Origin: a virus
Taxonomy: Duplodnaviria; Caudoviricetes
IMG/VR virus record: IMGVR_UViG_3300005764_000070
Location: 1 to 26,767 of that record
Direction: 5' to 3' (one strand)
DNA length: 26,767 bases
Below the pieces are notes generated by a model, which saw nothing but the letters and a program-made list of their open reading frames with translations, was not told where the DNA came from and did no database searches. Made by a program: the position numbers and the translations under genes. This document shows, one piece after another, positions 24,813-26,767 of this stretch. How positions within the stretch are numbered: the stretch's first letter is position 1; every line of letters starts with the position of its first letter.

Positions 24813-26165
24813 TTACCCATACCTGAGGCTGACCGTGTCGGTGACCGGCGGCGGCTGCGCCTCGGCGGCGAGCGCGTAGCGTAACGCGTCCACGGCGTGG
24901 TCCTCCGTCTTCTGGCTGCCCACTTTGTCGGCGACGTCCTCCGGATCGAGCGGGTCAACGACCATGGTGGGCAGCGTGCGGATCAGGTTGGGGCACTTGC
25001 CGTCGAAGATCTGGAGACGAGGCCCACCTTCCGTGTCCTTCGCCAGCGCTCGGCGCACGATGGCCCAGCCCTGCTTGCGGCTATTCATGCCGGGCACCAC
25101 CGGCCACAGCCCGTTGCTGGCGTACACCGCGGCGATGCTCGGCCGCTGCTGCTCCGTCCTCAGGTTGAACATGCTCGGGTCCAATACCTTTAAAAGGAGC
25201 GTTTCGTCGCCCGAGGCGTCGAGGATCCTGTCCACCTGCTGCTCGTCTCGCAGCCCGGCGCCGTAGAGCTCGCGGTACACGTAGATCCTTCTCGTCTCCG
25301 GTTCCCTCGCCAGCCACAGGCAGCAGAACGGCGCGGCGAAGCCGTAGTCGACGGCCAGCCAGCGCGGCCACTCCTCCGGAATCTCGAACGGCCTGACCAC
25401 GTGCAGCGCCGGGTCGAACTCGGTGAAGTACTGGCCCTCGGCGGCCACCCACAGCCCGAGCCTGAGGCGCTGGTACTGGTAGCCGCTGAGGCTGTCCAGG
25501 CCTTTCATGTAGTCCTCGGCGAGCTGGTCGACGTACGCGCCGGTGTGGGGATCGATCAGACTGGGGTTGTCCTCGTGCCTGCTCTCCAGCAGCAGACAGT
25601 CGCCGCGGTTGCAGCGCTGCTTGAGCCAGTGCGTCGGAGCGCTGGGGTTGGTGTCGGCCATGATCTGCTGGTACGACAGCACTCCGTTTCTGAGTCCACG
25701 CAGCAGCATGCCCCAGTCGTCCTCGTCCAATTCCGTCGCCTCGTTGACGTACACGAGGTCGAATTCCGTCGAGCCGATCTTGTCCGGATCGTCCAGCCCG
25801 GCGACGATGACCCTGGCCCCACTCGGGTAGCGGTACTCCTGGTCGCCTTCGTGGAACCTGACCTGATTGGGCACCGGCAGCACCTTGTTCTCGAGCGTGA
25901 CCATGGCGCTCTGGGTCAGCGCCTTGCGCGTCTTCCGCACGATCAGCGCGCGGATCGGCTTCTGCATCGCGATCAGGTTCAGTTTTTCTAAACACGCCCT
26001 GGACTTCCCCGTCCCGGCCGGCCCGCTCAGGAGCACTTCTCGCTGCCGACATCGGAAGAGCTCGAGCGCCGCCCCGAAAGGCTGGTACGGCCGCTCCTCC
26101 ACGGTCGTGGTCTGCCCCACCTGCACCGTGGCCGGGCGGAGCAGCGCATCGCTTCTCTTACTCAT
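24813..26165 (-). CDS. terL: Terminase large subunit (PBSX/SPP1-like)
   Basis: Walker A GPAGTGKS, Walker B LVYVNE, coupling motif DTNP, HWLK, nuclease AVDYG and DHAVDALRY. Confidence 0.95.
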   Translation of the reverse strand: MSKRSDALLRPATVQVGQTTTVEERPYQPFGAALELFRCRQREVLLSGPAGTGKSRACLEKLNLIAMQKPIRALIVRKTRKALTQSAMVTLENKVLPVPNQVRFHEGDQEYRYPSGARVIVAGLDDPDKIGSTEFDLVYVNEATELDEDDWGMLLRGLRNGVLSYQQIMADTNPSAPTHWLKQRCNRGDCLLLESRHEDNPSLIDPHTGAYVDQLAEDYMKGLDSLSGYQYQRLRLGLWVAAEGQYFTEFDPALHVVRPFEIPEEWPRWLAVDYGFAAPFCCLWLAREPETRRIYVYRELYGAGLRDEQQVDRILDASGDETLLLKVLDPSMFNLRTEQQRPSIAAVYASNGLWPVVPGMNSRKQGWAIVRRALAKDTEGGPRLQIFDGKCPNLIRTLPTMVVDPLDPEDVADKVGSQKTEDHAVDALRYALAAEAQPPPVTDTVSLRYG

Positions 26166-26175
26166 GGGCGCTTGG

Positions 26176-26415
26176 TCACTGCTCTACACTCTGATCCGAA
26201 GCACCCGCTTCAGCCTGGACGGGAACGGACTCTGTCCCGGGGTTTCCGTCCAGGTCTTCTCTTTCTCCTTCTGACCGCTGGACCCACAGGTACAGCGTCT
26301 TCCAGTCCTCGAGCAGGTGCAGCCCCCACACTCGCCCGCTGATGTCCCGAGAACCAGCCAGCTCACTCCCCACCTGCTTCTGCAACAGCAGCAATTCGTT
26401 CAGATGTGCCGGCAT
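26176..26415 (-). CDS. Hypothetical 79-aa protein upstream of terL
   Basis: MPAHLNELLLLQKQVG...; ends 10 nt before terL. The start could also be 26427. No terS-like features seen. Confidence 0.55.
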   Translation of the reverse strand: MPAHLNELLLLQKQVGSELAGSRDISGRVWGLHLLEDWKTLYLWVQRSEGEREDLDGNPGTESVPVQAEAGASDQSVEQ

Positions 26416-26417
26416 CT

Positions 26418-26446
26418 CGTGAAACATCCCCGTTCGTTGTTTCACG
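26418..26446. repeat. 9-bp perfect inverted repeat, candidate operator
   Basis: CGTGAAACA-(11 nt)-TGTTTCACG in the divergent intergenic region. Confidence 0.6.
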
Positions 26447-26518
26447 GCGGAGCGTAACATAGGCCTTGACTTTCCAGAACACTGGACAGGATTCGGACTC
26501 GTCCGCCCTCCGTTCCCG

Positions 26519-26692
26519 ATGCCGGTACGCCTCTGTCCTCGCTGCAAGACCTACTACGGTCTGTCCTACTGCGAACGCTGCCAGGCCAAGAAGAACTGGT
26601 ACCACGATCAGAAGCCGTGGTTCTGGAAACGGCCCCCGGTCTACCACTCCGCGCAGGACGCCCCTCCGCCGGACCCACCCCGTGCTGCGTAG
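26519..26692 (+). CDS. 57-aa Zn-ribbon protein (CxxC-x8-CxxC)
   Basis: Not in the track. MPVRLCPRCKTYYGLSYCERCQAKKNWYHDQKPWFWKRPPVYHSAQDAPPPDPPRAA, with mostly GC third positions. No clear SD. Confidence 0.6.
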   Translation: MPVRLCPRCKTYYGLSYCERCQAKKNWYHDQKPWFWKRPPVYHSAQDAPPPDPPRAA

Positions 26693-26767
26693 CACGTTCT
26701 CCGGTTGACGCTCTACGGAACCCGGTTTTCATTTCGCTGATCCGGGAATTTTTCGAACGTGGGCTAG

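Noticed and set aside
25735-25765. Terminase Walker B reads YVNE rather than hhhhDE
   Set aside because: The catalytic Glu is retained and this position varies among PBSX-like terminases. It is not evidence of inactivation.
3440-26000. In-frame TTA codons as bldA-type developmental control
   Set aside because: TTA codons are scattered through many genes (fibre, nozzle, scaffold, portal, terL), and nothing establishes a Streptomyces host.
26456-26495. Sigma70-like elements TTGACT (+) and TATGTT (-)
   Set aside because: Neither has a convincing partner hexamer at 16-18 nt spacing.
26584-26633. 16-nt exact match to the start of the 58-aa basic gene (10750-10765) and a 17/20 match to the Trp/Arg peptide gene (FWKR), suggesting antisense or spacer-like targeting
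   Set aside because: A few matches of this length are expected by chance in 27 kb of biased sequence, and there are no flanking repeats or array structure.
1-26767. CRISPR arrays, tRNAs, integrase/transposase, DGR template repeats, introns or inteins
   Set aside because: None seen by eye. Intergenic space is minimal, and terL and the capsid gene are uninterrupted and of normal length. A covariance-model search was not possible.

Overview
A high-GC (roughly two-thirds by eye) tailed-phage or prophage late region, almost entirely one tightly coupled minus-strand operon. Read right to left: 79-aa ORF, terminase large subunit, a displaced fibre-like gene and a 28-aa bridge ORF, portal with a Pro/Gly tail, four low-complexity putative ejection/internal virion proteins (305, 411, ~1706 and 628 aa; the largest carries lysozyme-like, C39-peptidase-like and LPD38-like domains), scaffold, HK97-type major capsid protein, six small post-capsid genes, adaptor, modular fibre genes, a nozzle-like 680-aa protein, a further fibre, and a lysis cassette (amidase plus three small membrane proteins). 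No tail tube, tape measure or spanin is recognisable, which suggests a podovirus-like particle on a monoderm host (inference). Three short convergent accessory genes lie at the left end and a divergent Zn-ribbon ORF at the right. Reading by hand recovered about ten sub-60-aa genes missing from the ORF track. Main observations: the capsid gene apparently starts at ATT behind a hairpin that covers its SD; the endolysin N-terminal domain is duplicated as a free upstream protein; a Trp/Arg peptide and a single-TM peptide are chained by GTGA overlaps into the giant protein; and a fibre repeat is split by an in-frame TAG-ATG junction. All functional calls rest on motif recognition by eye, with no database searches.
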